In this document: positions 40,470 through 50,953 of the stretch, in pieces
Position numbering within the stretch: the first letter of the stretch is position 1
How the letters are laid out: each line of letters opens with the position of its first letter
The notes under the pieces: generated by a model
The model's input: the letters and a program-made list of their open reading frames with translations, nothing else
Database searches by the model: none
What the model was told of the DNA's origin: nothing
Sequence record: SRR31156797_707
Length of the DNA stretch: 64,000 bases
Strand: one strand, 5' to 3'
Made by a program: the position numbers and the translations under genes

Positions 40470-41208
40470 ATCCTATATCCCCTGTAACAATGGTTTTTAA
40501 ACTGCCGGACTCATCAAGAGCCTGAAGACAGCCTGTGGCATCTATCCCTTTTTCTGTATATATAGTTTTAACACCATCTTTATGTATAGATATTTTTTTG
40601 TCAAGAAAAGCGGAGTAAGAAGACCATAATTTTACGATATCTATCCTTTTTTCTCTGAAAACATCAAAAGAATTCTCTAATTTACTCATAAAGGTGGCGA
40701 GTATCTGCTCTCTTTTGTGCTTTTCTCCTGTCTCTATATACAAAGATGTAGCTATCTCCTTTATATCATCCGGAAAAGACCCGCAGTTCACATTAAGACC
40801 TATACCGAGCACAACTTTTTCAAGATTAGCACCTGAAAATGAAGTCTCCATAAGTATCCCCGCAAGCTTACGCCCATTCACAACCATGTCATTTGGCCAC
40901 TTAACTTTTGCATCTACAAGGTGGCTGAGTGTGTCAGACAGCATATATCCGGCAAAGATATTAAGGGGTAAGAGCATGGAAGGATCAAGCCCATCCAGAA
41001 CTATTGAAAAATATAAGTTATCCGAAGTGTCAGAATGCCATACACGTCCGCTCCGTCCCCTACCCGCTGTCTGCTTATCAGCAGTGACACAGGTGAAAGG
41101 TTCTAGCTTTTCCCTGACGGCATACGCATTTGTAGAATCTACCTCATCGAGGCAGACAAGCTTTCCGGGCTTACCATAATATTTAGCAAAGACTGACCCA
41201 TCAAGCAT
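40453..41208 (-). CDS. birA: biotin--protein ligase
   Basis: DSTN, QTAGRGR.GR.W, KWPND, KLAGIL; no N-terminal HTH. Confidence 0.94.
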   Translation of the reverse strand: MLDGSVFAKYYGKPGKLVCLDEVDSTNAYAVREKLEPFTCVTADKQTAGRGRSGRVWHSDTSDNLYFSIVLDGLDPSMLLPLNIFAGYMLSDTLSHLVDAKVKWPNDMVVNGRKLAGILMETSFSGANLEKVVLGIGLNVNCGSFPDDIKEIATSLYIETGEKHKREQILATFMSKLENSFDVFREKRIDIVKLWSSYSAFLDKKISIHKDGVKTIYTEKGIDATGCLQALDESGSLKTIVTGDIGYDFCR

Positions 41209-41554
41209 TGGAAAGTGCTGAAACCTTAGACACCAGCTCTTCGAGGTCGCTGGATTTATAAACAAGCGAATCGTAGCTGATATCATCATGTTTCTCTAGT
41301 CGCTCAGGGTTCGCAGTGTAAATAACAACTGGAACATCAGGTGCTTTCCCTTTAAGTCTGGAAGCGACCTGTTCTCCGGTAAGCTTAGGCATGTTAAGGT
41401 CGAGTACAACAACATCAATATGCTGCTCATCGAAAGCAACAAGACCTTCCTCACCATCAATAGCTGTAACAACATTGTATCCGTTATCACAAAATTCGTC
41501 TCTAAGTAGCAGTCTTATGCTTTCATCGTCATCGACGACAAGAAGAGTTTTCAA
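41201..41554 (-). CDS. single-domain response regulator
   Basis: VVDDD, DLNMP, YTA, K. Confidence 0.92.
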   Translation of the reverse strand: MKTLLVVDDDESIRLLLRDEFCDNGYNVVTAIDGEEGLVAFDEQHIDVVVLDLNMPKLTGEQVASRLKGKAPDVPVVIYTANPERLEKHDDISYDSLVYKSSDLEELVSKVSALSNA

Positions 41555-43032
41555 TCTTCCCTCCTCATTACTTTTTCATATATCTTATTATCAACAAAAT
41601 AATCTACTATATCCATATCCAGGGCTTTTCTCTCGCCCTCTTCCTTCAGTATAGCACACGCCTTTTCAACAGGCATAGCTTTCTTATAAGGTCTGTCAGC
41701 AGCCGTCAGAGCATCAAAAATATCCGCCACAGCCATTATACGACCCTGCATATGTATCTGGTCTCCGGCAAGTCCGAAAGGATAACCTTTACCATCTATA
41801 CGCTCATGGTGTAAAGCAGCGACTATCGGCACAAGTTTTAGTTCATTTGTCCACGGAATCTTTATCAGGAAATCAAATGTATGATTAGCATGAGATTGTA
41901 TAATTTCACGCTCCTCCTGAGTGAGTGAACCACGCTTGATAGCGAGATAGTAATACTCTTTATCTGTAAGCAATGTATGCTTTTTACCGTCAAAATCTTC
42001 AAATTCATAACTAAGACACTTATCAAGCCCGCCGGATGTATCATCGTCAAGCGGAGTTGGTATGTTCGCCTTCTGTATCATACCGAGAAGTGTGCCTAGC
42101 TCATCTATCTCTTCCTGAGACTTACCGCTGAGCTTCGCCATAGCCTTAGCCATACCGAAACGGAACTCTATAACCTCAAGCATCCCCGGGTAAAGCTTAT
42201 TCGCTTTCTGGAGTACGTTTTCGCTGATTACAAGTTTGCCGAAGTCGTGAAGCATACATGAATATTTCAGACATTTCAACTCAGCGATATTTAGCTTAAA
42301 GTCAGGAAAGGCTTCGTCGTCGTCACTCATAGCCTCCGCAGTAGCCATTGTATAGTCAGTAACACGCTGTGAGTGCCCACCGGTAACAGGGTCACGTGAG
42401 TCAATAGCGGTCATGCAGCCTGCGATAAAGCCTTCCCACATCTGCTCGATACTGTCGTAAAGGAGTGCATTTTCAAGTGCCATACCGACAATACCGCTAA
42501 GGGAGTGGGCTGAGTGTTCGTCATCCTGAGAGAAAGGAACGACTATGTCCGAAGCATTCTCAGGTGTAATCTTCTCTTCTTTGTTCTTTTTATTTATAAG
42601 CTGAAGGACTCCGATTAGCCTTCCGTTAATGTCGTTAATAGGGAACACAAGCATCGACACTGTCTTATAACCAGACATCTGATCGAAGCTAGGGTTAAAA
42701 GTAAATGGAAATTTAGCATCGAGATGATAAACATCCTCAAGGCTGAGGATACTGTTACGCACAGCACAAAAGCCTGCGATACTGTTTTCGTTCGCTGGCA
42801 TACGGAAAGAGTTAAACGGAAGATCGAGCGAATCGTTCTGTGTATATTTAAAGATAAGCTCATCCAGCTCGTCATCATATATAAATATACTGCCCGCATC
42901 CGCATCGTGCATGTGTCTGATACGTGTAAGCATAGTGTCAAGAAGTTCGTCAAGATCTCTGATACGCACCAGAGAATAAGCCAAATCTATGAAGGAACTC
43001 TCTTTAAGCATAAGCCTCTCTATCGAAATCAT
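41551..43032 (-). CDS. GAF + HD-GYP phosphodiesterase
   Basis: GAF (GVLQLINK), HSQRV, HDFGK, HHERIDGKGYP, RPYK. Start uncertain (ORF limit 43125). Confidence 0.9.
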   Translation of the reverse strand: MISIERLMLKESSFIDLAYSLVRIRDLDELLDTMLTRIRHMHDADAGSIFIYDDELDELIFKYTQNDSLDLPFNSFRMPANENSIAGFCAVRNSILSLEDVYHLDAKFPFTFNPSFDQMSGYKTVSMLVFPINDINGRLIGVLQLINKKNKEEKITPENASDIVVPFSQDDEHSAHSLSGIVGMALENALLYDSIEQMWEGFIAGCMTAIDSRDPVTGGHSQRVTDYTMATAEAMSDDDEAFPDFKLNIAELKCLKYSCMLHDFGKLVISENVLQKANKLYPGMLEVIEFRFGMAKAMAKLSGKSQEEIDELGTLLGMIQKANIPTPLDDDTSGGLDKCLSYEFEDFDGKKHTLLTDKEYYYLAIKRGSLTQEEREIIQSHANHTFDFLIKIPWTNELKLVPIVAALHHERIDGKGYPFGLAGDQIHMQGRIMAVADIFDALTAADRPYKKAMPVEKACAILKEEGERKALDMDIVDYFVDNKIYEKVMRRED

Positions 43033-43343
43033 TAATAATGAATTATACCAGCTTTTACGGATTTCGCTCATATAATTGAATTTATGTAGACTGGGAAGGT
43101 TAACAAATACAACCGTAGTTTTCAACTTTTTTTAAAAGGTTAGCAGCTTTGAGCAAATTTAGAGTAAATATTGAAAACTCCAACTCAGCACTCACCTTTA
43201 TTAAAGGGGGAGACTGTAAATTATGAACCCCTCTCAACTGTGTAAAAAATAATGCATTAATATCTCTGATACTATAGGTTTACTACTTGATAAAAACAAA
43301 ACAAGTGTGGTAATTTACGAGTTCGATAATCAGGAGGATTCAG

Positions 43344-45893
43344 ATGAAATACAACCCCGCCAATATAGAGACAAAATGGCAAAAAATCTGGGAGGACAAA
43401 AAACTCTTTAAAGTAGAAGCTGACAGCTCGAAAGAGAAGTTCTACTGTCTTGAGATGTTCCCCTACCCATCAGGAAAAATCCACATGGGACACGTTAGAA
43501 ACTATGCCATAGGGGATGTAATCTCTAGATATAAATTCATGCAGGGGCTTAATGTTCTACACCCTATGGGATGGGATGCTTTCGGTCTGCCTGCTGAGAA
43601 CGCTGCTATCGAAAACTCTACTCACCCAGCTGTGTGGACCAAGCAGAACATCAGCTATATGAAAGATCAGCTTAAACAACTTGGTCTCTCCTACGACTGG
43701 GACAGAGAGATAGCGACATGCGACCCGGAATACTACCGCTGGGAACAGCAGATATTCATAGAGATGTGGGAGAAAGGTCTTATCTATAAAAAGAAATCTC
43801 ACCTCAACTGGTGTGACGACTGTAACACTGTACTCGCTAATGAGCAGGTAGAGGAAGGTTGCTGCTGGCGATGCAGTAACGAAGTAGAGATCAAAGAGCT
43901 CGACGGATGGTATCTCAAGATCACTGATTACGCTGATGAACTCCTCGAATCCACTGATAATATGCCGGGATGGCCTTCAAAGGTTCTCACTATGCAGCAG
44001 AACTGGATAGGTAAATCCTACGGCGCACAGATCAATTTCGCAGTTAAAGATTCCAGCGACTCAATAGAAGTATTTACTACAAGACCTGACACACTCTTCG
44101 GAGCGACATTTATGTCCGTTGCCCCTGAGCACCCGATGGTGAAAACACTCCTCTCCGGCACTGAGCAGGAGAAGGACGGTCTCGCATTCATAGATTCTAT
44201 CCTTAAGGAAGACAGTGTCACCAGAACAGATGATAAAGAGAAGAAAGGCTTCTTCACTGGCAGATACGTTGTAAACCCTGTAACAGGTAAAGACATCCCT
44301 GTATATATCGCTAACTTCGTACTTATGGACTACGGTACTGGTGCTGTTATGGCTGTACCTGCTCACGACCAGCGTGACTTCGAGTTCGCTAAGAAGTACG
44401 GGTGTGACATTACTATAGTTATCCAGCCTAAAGAAGAACTCGACCTTGCAACTATGGAAGAGGCGTACACAGGCGCAGGAAAACTGGTTAACTCTAAGCA
44501 GTTTGACGGTATGGATAATGACGACGCTAAAAAAGCTATTGTTGATTGGCTCGACGAAAAGAATATAGGCAAAAGCACAACAAACTACCGCCTCCGTGAC
44601 TGGCAGATTTCTCGCCAGAGATACTGGGGTGCACCTATCCCGTTTATCTCATGTGACAAGTGCGGCTCTGTACCTGTTCCTAAAGACCAGCTCCCTGTTG
44701 AGCTCCCTGATGTTGACTTTAACCCTGACATGCGTGGCAACCCGCTCGATAAGGTTGAAGACTTTAAAAATACTACTTGCCCTAAGTGCGGCGGAGCGGC
44801 TCACCGTGAAACCGACACTATGGATACATTCATGGAGTCCTCATGGTACTTCATGCGCTATACATCGCCTAAGTGCGACACAGCACCATTCGACAAGAAA
44901 GATGCTAACTACTGGATGAACGTAGACCAGTACATCGGAGGTATCGAACACGCTATCCTCCACCTGCTCTATTCCAGATTTTACACAAAAGTTCTCCGTG
45001 ACCTCGGTTACGTTGACATAGACGAACCTTTCAACAGACTGCTCACACAAGGTATGGTCTGCAAAGAGACATATAAATGCCCTGAGCACGGCTGGCTCTT
45101 CCCTGAGGAAGCTGAAACAGGCAAGTGTGCTAAATGTGGTTCTGACGTCACGATAGGTCGTGTTGAGAAGATGTCTAAGTCTAAGAGGAACGTTGTTGAC
45201 CCTAATAAACTGATCAAAGAGTACGGTGCTGACACAGCGAGACTCTTCATACTTTTCGCTTCTCCACCTGAGAGAGAGCTTGAGTGGAGTGACTCCGGCG
45301 TTGAGGGTTCATTCAGATTCCTTAACCGTGTCTGGAGACTCATACAGAACAATATTGAGCTTTTCAAAGGGGAACTCCCTGCTCCTGTTGAGGATGAAAT
45401 CTCCAAAGAGATACTCTTTCACACTAACGTAACAGTTAAAAAGATCACCGAAGACATCGAGCGTTACCAGCTTAACACCTGCGTTGCCGCTATGATGGAG
45501 TACGTCAACAATCTTTACGCTATCGAGCAGAAGATGCAGGACGGACATAAGGCTCTCTTCAGAGATGCTATCCTGACTCTTATGAAGCTCATAGCTCCTT
45601 TCACTCCGCACGCAGCGGAAGAGCTTTTCGAGATGGCAGGCTTTGATGGACTTATCTCCAGAAGCGAATGGCCATCATTTGATGAGAAGCTCACACAGAA
45701 GGACGAGATAACTGTAGCTGTACAGGTTAACGGTAAGCTGAGAGGTCAGATCAACATCCCTAGAACTATGGAGAAAGATCAGGTCTTCGAAACCGCCCTC
45801 GCTAACGAAAATGTAAAAAGCCATACTGATGGCAAAAACATGATCAAGCAGATATACGTGCCGAACAAGCTTGTAAACTTTGTGGTAAAATAG
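43344..45893 (+). CDS. leuS: leucine--tRNA ligase
   Basis: MFPYPSG..HMGH, KMSKS, editing domain [12 protein letters not shown]. Confidence 0.98.
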   Translation: MKYNPANIETKWQKIWEDKKLFKVEADSSKEKFYCLEMFPYPSGKIHMGHVRNYAIGDVISRYKFMQGLNVLHPMGWDAFGLPAENAAIENSTHPAVWTKQNISYMKDQLKQLGLSYDWDREIATCDPEYYRWEQQIFIEMWEKGLIYKKKSHLNWCDDCNTVLANEQVEEGCCWRCSNEVEIKELDGWYLKITDYADELLESTDNMPGWPSKVLTMQQNWIGKSYGAQINFAVKDSSDSIEVFTTRPDTLFGATFMSVAPEHPMVKTLLSGTEQEKDGLAFIDSILKEDSVTRTDDKEKKGFFTGRYVVNPVTGKDIPVYIANFVLMDYGTGAVMAVPAHDQRDFEFAKKYGCDITIVIQPKEELDLATMEEAYTGAGKLVNSKQFDGMDNDDAKKAIVDWLDEKNIGKSTTNYRLRDWQISRQRYWGAPIPFISCDKCGSVPVPKDQLPVELPDVDFNPDMRGNPLDKVEDFKNTTCPKCGGAAHRETDTMDTFMESSWYFMRYTSPKCDTAPFDKKDANYWMNVDQYIGGIEHAILHLLYSRFYTKVLRDLGYVDIDEPFNRLLTQGMVCKETYKCPEHGWLFPEEAETGKCAKCGSDVTIGRVEKMSKSKRNVVDPNKLIKEYGADTARLFILFASPPERELEWSDSGVEGSFRFLNRVWRLIQNNIELFKGELPAPVEDEISKEILFHTNVTVKKITEDIERYQLNTCVAAMMEYVNNLYAIEQKMQDGHKALFRDAILTLMKLIAPFTPHAAEELFEMAGFDGLISRSEWPSFDEKLTQKDEITVAVQVNGKLRGQINIPRTMEKDQVFETALANENVKSHTDGKNMIKQIYVPNKLVNFVVK

Positions 45894-45896
45894 ATT

Positions 45897-46379
45897 ATGA
45901 TAAAAAAAGCCGTAACAATACTAATCGCAATCGCCTTCATAAGCGGATGCGGGTATAAGATGACATTAACCGGAACAAAAGCGGCTTTTACCCTTTACCC
46001 TGAGCATATTGAAAATAGAACCAGCGAGATTGAGGCCACTTCGGCATTCGAAGACGGCATAAACATATATCTCGCTACTATCAATGCTTTAGCAGAGAAA
46101 GACAGAGCAGATTATCAAGGTGAATTCACACTCGAATCACTTAAGTATTCAGGCTCTTCAAGTACATCCACAACGACAACAGCGAATGTGATTATCTCTA
46201 TGCGTGTGGTTGTAAAAGATCAGAGTAATAAAGTAATCTTCGACCGATCATTCAGAACAGTTGAAAATTACTCAAATACTCCATCTATGTCGGAAACAAC
46301 AAACAACCGCAACGATGCTCTTGATGATGCTATCGCCAGAATAATGATGGATTTTAGAAATGGATTCGAGCGAAAATAA
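45897..46379 (+). CDS. lptE: LptE-like lipoprotein
   Basis: Lipobox SG-CGY; conserved leuS-lptE-holA order. Confidence 0.75.
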   Translation: MIKKAVTILIAIAFISGCGYKMTLTGTKAAFTLYPEHIENRTSEIEATSAFEDGINIYLATINALAEKDRADYQGEFTLESLKYSGSSSTSTTTTANVIISMRVVVKDQSNKVIFDRSFRTVENYSNTPSMSETTNNRNDALDDAIARIMMDFRNGFERK

Positions 46380-47262
46380 ACTCTGCTATATTGCAGGGAG
46401 CGACTTCTTTCAGGAGGAGGAGCTTAAAAAGATAATCGATAATATCGACGACTGCGAGACTGAGGGCTTTTCTGCTGAGGATTTCTCACCTGAGTTTTTC
46501 TTTAATTTTATCAATACCCCTTCCATGTTTCAGGAGAATAAAGCGGCTATAGTCAAATCAGCTCATAAGGTTAAAGGTATCGGCGATGTGATATCCAAAT
46601 GCGCTAACTGCCGTGAATCAAGCCTTATATTCATGTCGTCAGAGACAAAGCTTACCAAAGAAATCACTAAGGCTCTTAAAGAGGCTGGCTTCGATTCAAT
46701 GGTTGAAAAGAAGGCTCGTAAGTATGACCTGACAGGCAAAATATCCCAGATGTTCGCTGATGCGGATTTTCGCATAGATTCATCAAGTGCGATGGAGATA
46801 AATGAGATTTTCGAAGGCGATCTTAAACAGATATCGAATGAGATAGAAAAACTTACACTCTACTTCGCATATAAAAAGCCAAACTCAGCCAGAGAGATTA
46901 TGGAAGCTGTCACTGCACGTAAACAGGACAGTATTTTTACTTTCATAGACGCATTCACAGCGAGACAGCGCAAAAGCTGTTCAGTGTTGCTTCAAAGCTT
47001 TATCAACAGTGATGAAAATCTTAATATACTCATTAACTTACTCTTCAGAAGGATGAAAGACCTATACCTATATATTAACCTTAAAGATCAGCTGAAAGAG
47101 AACCGACCTTGGATGCTGGACAAGTTGAAATCCGGTGCGAGATCGTGGAAAAAAGAAGAGCTAATAAAGCTTTACAGTCTATTCTCAGAGCTTGACTATA
47201 AGCTGAAAACTGGTCAGGTCTCAGCACAGAACTATCTTACGTTCCTTATTGCCGGGCTTTAA
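46360..47262 (+). CDS. holA: DNA polymerase III delta subunit
   Basis: PSMF, NEIEKL, IF.FIDA, DYKLKTG; synteny. Confidence 0.85.
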   Translation: MDSSENKLCYIAGSDFFQEEELKKIIDNIDDCETEGFSAEDFSPEFFFNFINTPSMFQENKAAIVKSAHKVKGIGDVISKCANCRESSLIFMSSETKLTKEITKALKEAGFDSMVEKKARKYDLTGKISQMFADADFRIDSSSAMEINEIFEGDLKQISNEIEKLTLYFAYKKPNSAREIMEAVTARKQDSIFTFIDAFTARQRKSCSVLLQSFINSDENLNILINLLFRRMKDLYLYINLKDQLKENRPWMLDKLKSGARSWKKEELIKLYSLFSELDYKLKTGQVSAQNYLTFLIAGL

Positions 47263-47944
47263 GCTCACCACCTTTTTCAAGGTAAACCGTCCCCTCTTCC
47301 TCATTAAATACTGTATGGAGTGTCACCACACGGACACCTTTTTCTATTGCCATATATAATGTATCAGAATATGACGGATCAATTTCGTGTGCAGGTCTGA
47401 AATAAGGTCTGTCTAACTGACAGATGTAGAACATATATGGGGTGTACCCTTCGTCGATCGACTGCATAAGTAGATTCAGATGCTTCTTACCACGTTCCGT
47501 CACAGCATCCGGAAACATGCACGTATCTTCATCAAAAAGAGTTACGTTCTTAACTTCAATGAGGCACTTCCCCTCATCACACTCAACGTAAAAATCTATA
47601 CGCCCGTCACCATATTTATATTCGCTTTTAATATATGTTATGTCGCCAAGCTCAGGAACCTCGCCATCTTCCAGTGCGTGCTTCACAACACGGTTCATTA
47701 GTATTGTATTGGTGAGCATCCACTCATTTTCGATATAGAAAGCCTCCAAAGTATGTTTTAACTTCCTCTTGGGGTTATCAGATTCGCTGATCAAAACCTC
47801 TCTGCCTTCAGCTATGACGCACTTCATAGAGCCTGTATTGGGATTATGGACAGTGAGCAAACTACCTTCGAAATCGACATCTGTGAAAAATCTTTTATAC
47901 CTTTTTATAAACTTTGCTTTCAGCAACTTGGGGAATTTGAACAC
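47246..47944 (-). CDS. sfsA: SfsA nuclease-fold protein
   Basis: RYKRF, H.PNTGSM, RIDF, EVKNV, FPDAVT.RG.KHL. Confidence 0.95.
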   Translation of the reverse strand: MFKFPKLLKAKFIKRYKRFFTDVDFEGSLLTVHNPNTGSMKCVIAEGREVLISESDNPKRKLKHTLEAFYIENEWMLTNTILMNRVVKHALEDGEVPELGDITYIKSEYKYGDGRIDFYVECDEGKCLIEVKNVTLFDEDTCMFPDAVTERGKKHLNLLMQSIDEGYTPYMFYICQLDRPYFRPAHEIDPSYSDTLYMAIEKGVRVVTLHTVFNEEEGTVYLEKGGELKARQ

Positions 47945-48054
47945 TGTATTTAGCCTCGTTATTATATTTTTTACTTTACAAATTAAGTTTTAGTCATTAT
48001 TTTTACAACCGACATTATGACTAACCCCCTTATACAAAGAGAATCAAAACACTT

Positions 48055-48747
48055 ATGAAAAAAAATGTAAACAAAATTGCTTCAGCAGTTATTATTTCTG
48101 CTGTACTACTTTCTGTATTCGCTATCCTCAATGTAGTCTTCATGATGAAGGTTGGCAATGACATTGAGAACCTCAGCAGTAAAACTATCAATACTTGCGA
48201 TAAATTCCATGAGGTAAACGCCAGACTAGATGCCCAGAATGAAAAGATGGCATTCATGGCGCACGTTCTGGATATTAAAAATATTATCGAATCATACGGA
48301 AGCACAACAGGTTCATATAATTCTATGGACTTCGCATATATACTTGCGAAAGAGTCCTTCAAAAATGACCTCGACCCGCTCCTTGTCCTAGCTGTTATCC
48401 AGACAGAGAGTTCGTTCAGGAAGAATATCGTTTCTCATAAAGGTGCGATAGGGCTTATGCAGGTGCTCCCTAATACAGCAAACTATGTATCAGATATGAA
48501 TGACCATATTCAGGTATCTAACGCATACGAAGAGCTTTTTATACCTGAGAAGAACATTACAATCGGTATCAACTATCTTTCATACCTTATAAAGAAGTTT
48601 GACAACCAGAAGCACGCACTAATCGCTTATAACATGGGACCTACTAACCTTGTCAGAAAGATCAGAAGCGGGCATGTTCCGGATAGATACTACCGCAAGA
48701 TTATGAAAAACTATCGATATATCCTCGGTAAATCCGGCAGAGCTTAA
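48055..48747 (+). CDS. lytic transglycosylase (SLT domain)
   Basis: AVIQTESSF, GAIGLMQV, AYNMG. Confidence 0.92.
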   Translation: MKKNVNKIASAVIISAVLLSVFAILNVVFMMKVGNDIENLSSKTINTCDKFHEVNARLDAQNEKMAFMAHVLDIKNIIESYGSTTGSYNSMDFAYILAKESFKNDLDPLLVLAVIQTESSFRKNIVSHKGAIGLMQVLPNTANYVSDMNDHIQVSNAYEELFIPEKNITIGINYLSYLIKKFDNQKHALIAYNMGPTNLVRKIRSGHVPDRYYRKIMKNYRYILGKSGRA

Positions 48748-48753
48748 GCCACA

Positions 48754-49476
48754 TTGCAAGGCGTTAATGTTCTGCTCTCCCGTCTTGAGGGTCCTGTCAA
48801 TCTCGGCTTTATAGCCAGAGCTATGGCTAATACAGGCTTTTCATCACTTTCATACTCCGGTGAAGTGCCTAAAGACCATGAAGATGTGAAAAAGTTTTCC
48901 GTACACGCCTACGACATTATCGAAAATTCAAACCAGTGTAAAAGCTTTGACGAGCTGACCAGCGGAAGCGATATCGTTATAGGGTTTTCACCTAGAGACC
49001 CTTTCAGTAATGAAACGCTTCATTTTGATCAGTTTAAAAATTTTGTCACAGATTCACTGGAAAGCGGCATGAGTGTCGGGCTGCTGTTCGGCAATGAGGC
49101 TCACGGTCTTGACAATAGTGAACTCTCCGCATGTACCAAACGTATTAGCCTGCCGACAAGCAGTGAGTACGAAAGTATGAATCTTGCACAGGCAGTTCTT
49201 GTCAGCTTGTGGGAAATCAAAGGGATAAGTCAGCAAAAAAATACTGTAAAAGAATATGCTGACAGAGATAATTTGAATATTTTATTAGATCGTATCCATG
49301 ATCACCTGGATATAATAGATTTTTTCAACGAGCAGAACCCTGACCACATATGGCAGGAGATCAGACAAGCCTTTGAATCCAAAAACTTTACCAAAAGAGA
49401 GACCGAACTTCTCATATCTTTATTCGGAAAAAGTATCATTAGATATAAATACCTGCTAAAATCACTTGAAAAATGA
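48754..49476 (+). CDS. SPOUT RNA methyltransferase, TrmJ-like
   Basis: NLGFIARAMAN, FGNE..GL.N.EL, SMNLAQAV. Confidence 0.88.
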   Translation: MQGVNVLLSRLEGPVNLGFIARAMANTGFSSLSYSGEVPKDHEDVKKFSVHAYDIIENSNQCKSFDELTSGSDIVIGFSPRDPFSNETLHFDQFKNFVTDSLESGMSVGLLFGNEAHGLDNSELSACTKRISLPTSSEYESMNLAQAVLVSLWEIKGISQQKNTVKEYADRDNLNILLDRIHDHLDIIDFFNEQNPDHIWQEIRQAFESKNFTKRETELLISLFGKSIIRYKYLLKSLEK

Positions 49477-49491
49477 CGAATATTTCACTAT

Positions 49492-49531
49492 TTTACAATT
49501 TATTGACATTTTTTTCACACAGTCTTTACAC
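49492..49531 (+). promoter_or_regulatory. Pho box array
   Basis: TTTACA/TTGACA/TTCACA/TTTACA at 49492, 49503, 49514, 49525 (exact 11-bp period) upstream of phoU-phoB-phoR. Confidence 0.75.
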
Positions 49532-49590
49532 CAGATGAGTATTTTTATATCGTATTAATAAGGCTCGAATAGCCAAAGAGGTATTCATTT

Positions 49591-50280
49591 ATGACAACAT
49601 TCAGACACGAAAAAGAGTACGTACAGCTGAAAGGGATGCTCGCAGAGATGGCAACACTCGCATCATCCATGACTTCAGACTCAATAAAAGCTCTCGTTGA
49701 GAGAGATACTGACCTCGCTGAGACAGTTATCGAAAAGGATGAAGTGCTTGACCAGCTTGATGTTGATATTGATGAGCACTGTATTAGAATGCTCGCTCTT
49801 TTTGAGCCGAAAGCTGTCGACCTTAGGTACATAGTTACAGCGTCAAGGATCATCATAGACCTTGAGCGTGTTGGTGATCACTGTGTGAGCATCAGTCGTG
49901 ACGTAATCAAACTTAATGACATACCTCAGCTTAAACCTTATATCGACCTTCCTAAGATGGCGCAGGACGCTATACAGATGATAAATGACTCACTACAGGC
50001 TTTCTTCGATGGCGACACAAAGCTCGCTTACGACGTTATCAAGCGTGACGAGGCTGTTGATCAGCTTAATGATCAGGTTAGCAGAGAGCTCCTTACCTAC
50101 TCAATGGAAGATATTAAAACTCTACAGACTGTCCTTGCACTTATGAACGTTTCAAGAAGGCTCGAACGTGTAGCAGACCACGCAACAAACATTGCAGAGA
50201 TGGTATATTATATGGTAGAAGGTAAAATTATCAGACATACATTCATAGATGACGAACTCGACATGGAAGAGGAAGATTAA
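49591..50280 (+). CDS. phoU: phosphate signalling protein PhoU
   Basis: P.A.DLR, DLERVGDH, LERVADHATNIAE. Confidence 0.96.
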   Translation: MTTFRHEKEYVQLKGMLAEMATLASSMTSDSIKALVERDTDLAETVIEKDEVLDQLDVDIDEHCIRMLALFEPKAVDLRYIVTASRIIIDLERVGDHCVSISRDVIKLNDIPQLKPYIDLPKMAQDAIQMINDSLQAFFDGDTKLAYDVIKRDEAVDQLNDQVSRELLTYSMEDIKTLQTVLALMNVSRRLERVADHATNIAEMVYYMVEGKIIRHTFIDDELDMEEED

Positions 50281-50281
50281 T

Positions 50282-50953
50282 ATGATAAAAGTCCTTGTTA
50301 TTGAAGACCACGAAGAGATAAGAGATCTCATTTCCTATAATCTCGGAAAGGAAAGTTTCGAGACTATTTGTTTCGACAATGCTAACGAAGGGCTTATCCA
50401 CCTTGAAAATAACGACGTAGATATTATCCTTCTCGACCTTATGCTCCCGGGTCTCAAAGGGATGCAGTTTCTACAGATTGTACGCAACAATAAGAAGTAT
50501 TCCGGTGTACCTATCATCATCATCTCAGCTAAGAATACTGAGCAGGACATTATCAATGGTCTTGAGATGGGTGCTGACGACTACCTCACTAAGCCTTTCT
50601 CTATCAAGATCCTTATCGCTAAGATAAACGCAATACTCCGCAGAAACCCTGCGATAAAGTCTAAGATTATCTCTATCAACGGTATCAACATAGATACTAA
50701 CAATTATGTTGTAACTGTAGACGGAGAAGAGATCAGCCTTACAAACAAAGAGTATGAACTCCTCCAGCTTCTATTGAAGCACCCTAAAAGAGTTTTCACC
50801 CGTAACCAGATACTTAATGCTGTATGGGGTTATGAATCTGACGTTTATACAAGAACTGTTGACACACACGTCTCCTCACTCCGTAAAAAGCTTGGGGTTA
50901 AAGGCGCTTTTATCAAATCTGTACCGAAAATCGGGTATAGAGCTGATATATGA
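50282..50953 (+). CDS. phoB: OmpR-family response regulator PhoB
   Basis: DLMLPG, GADDY.TKPF, RTVDTH...LR.KL; lies between phoU and the kinase. Confidence 0.88.
   Translation: MIKVLVIEDHEEIRDLISYNLGKESFETICFDNANEGLIHLENNDVDIILLDLMLPGLKGMQFLQIVRNNKKYSGVPIIIISAKNTEQDIINGLEMGADDYLTKPFSIKILIAKINAILRRNPAIKSKIISINGINIDTNNYVVTVDGEEISLTNKEYELLQLLLKHPKRVFTRNQILNAVWGYESDVYTRTVDTHVSSLRKKLGVKGAFIKSVPKIGYRADI

Noticed and set aside
43165-43240. CCTTTATTAAAGGGGGAG palindrome upstream of leuS as T-box or repeat element
   Set aside because: No T-box motif or terminator; single degenerate copy in the window.
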